Below are positions 43,554 to 43,575 of a DNA stretch of 43,575 nt, piece after piece. The stretch comes from a virus. The translations under genes were made by a program, and so were the position numbers. The notes beneath the pieces were generated by a model, which did no database searches, had not been told where the DNA came from, and saw only the letters and a program-made list of their open reading frames with translations. Every line of letters starts with the position of its first letter. Position 1 is the stretch's first letter. Location: IMG/VR virus record IMGVR_UViG_3300045988_078367, one strand, 5' to 3'.

Positions 43554-43575
43554 TTTTAGACCCCAAATATAAGAA
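43554..43575 (+). repeat. att core direct repeat (attR copy)
   Basis: Exact 22-nt match to 1..22. Lies 148 nt from the integrase start codon. Confidence 0.8.

Overview
The window is one complete integrated temperate tailed-phage genome of about 43.6 kb. It is AT-rich and cut exactly at its attachment sites: the same 22-nt sequence (ttttagaccccaaatataagaa) occupies 1..22 and 43554..43575.

Right end: a tyrosine integrase (-), a lipoprotein gene (+) and an XRE/cI-like repressor (+). These diverge from one very long minus-strand gene array.

Minus-strand array, right to left:
- Early genes: a tRNA-like element, a LuxR-type HTH protein, a Gly-X repeat protein, a PD-(D/E)XK nuclease, two HNH/zinc proteins, a replication initiator with internal iterons and a DnaC-like loader.
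- A C5 DNA methyltransferase and two N6 DNA methyltransferases, plus YopX-like and ASCH-like proteins.
- Morphogenesis genes: terminase small and large subunits, head-tail and tail genes, tape measure, ClpP-type prohead protease, capsid, a portal-like protein and fibres.
- A lysis cluster of holin-like membrane proteins and an M15 endolysin, followed by two more fibre-like proteins and a u-spanin-like lipoprotein.
- Next to attL, a cassette of unknown-function genes with its own small HTH protein.

The integrase type, SC lipoboxes and TAnnTTTG-like boxes suggest a Bacteroidota host, but this is inference only.

All functional calls come from motif recognition by eye. No homology search or RNA folding was run.

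Most notable observations:
1. The C5-methyltransferase locus carries two long same-strand ORFs in different frames. Both show methyltransferase signatures, and the canonical motif order is only obtained by reading frame A, then B, then A.
2. A plus-strand mini transcription unit is embedded antisense in the minus-strand array. It has two plus-oriented intrinsic terminators and a 14-bp helix that would sequester the SD and TTG start of a 44-aa basic ORF.
3. A tRNA-like element has perfect acceptor, D and T arms but an aberrant 26-nt anticodon arm. It sits next to a 420-nt ORF-free segment.
4. A perfect 20-nt inverted repeat links the two largest ORF-free regions, 36 kb apart.
5. A hairpin family in the early operon has an invariant 18-nt loop and a covarying stem.
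6. A 286-nt hexanucleotide array encodes a (GS/GY/GD)n tract.
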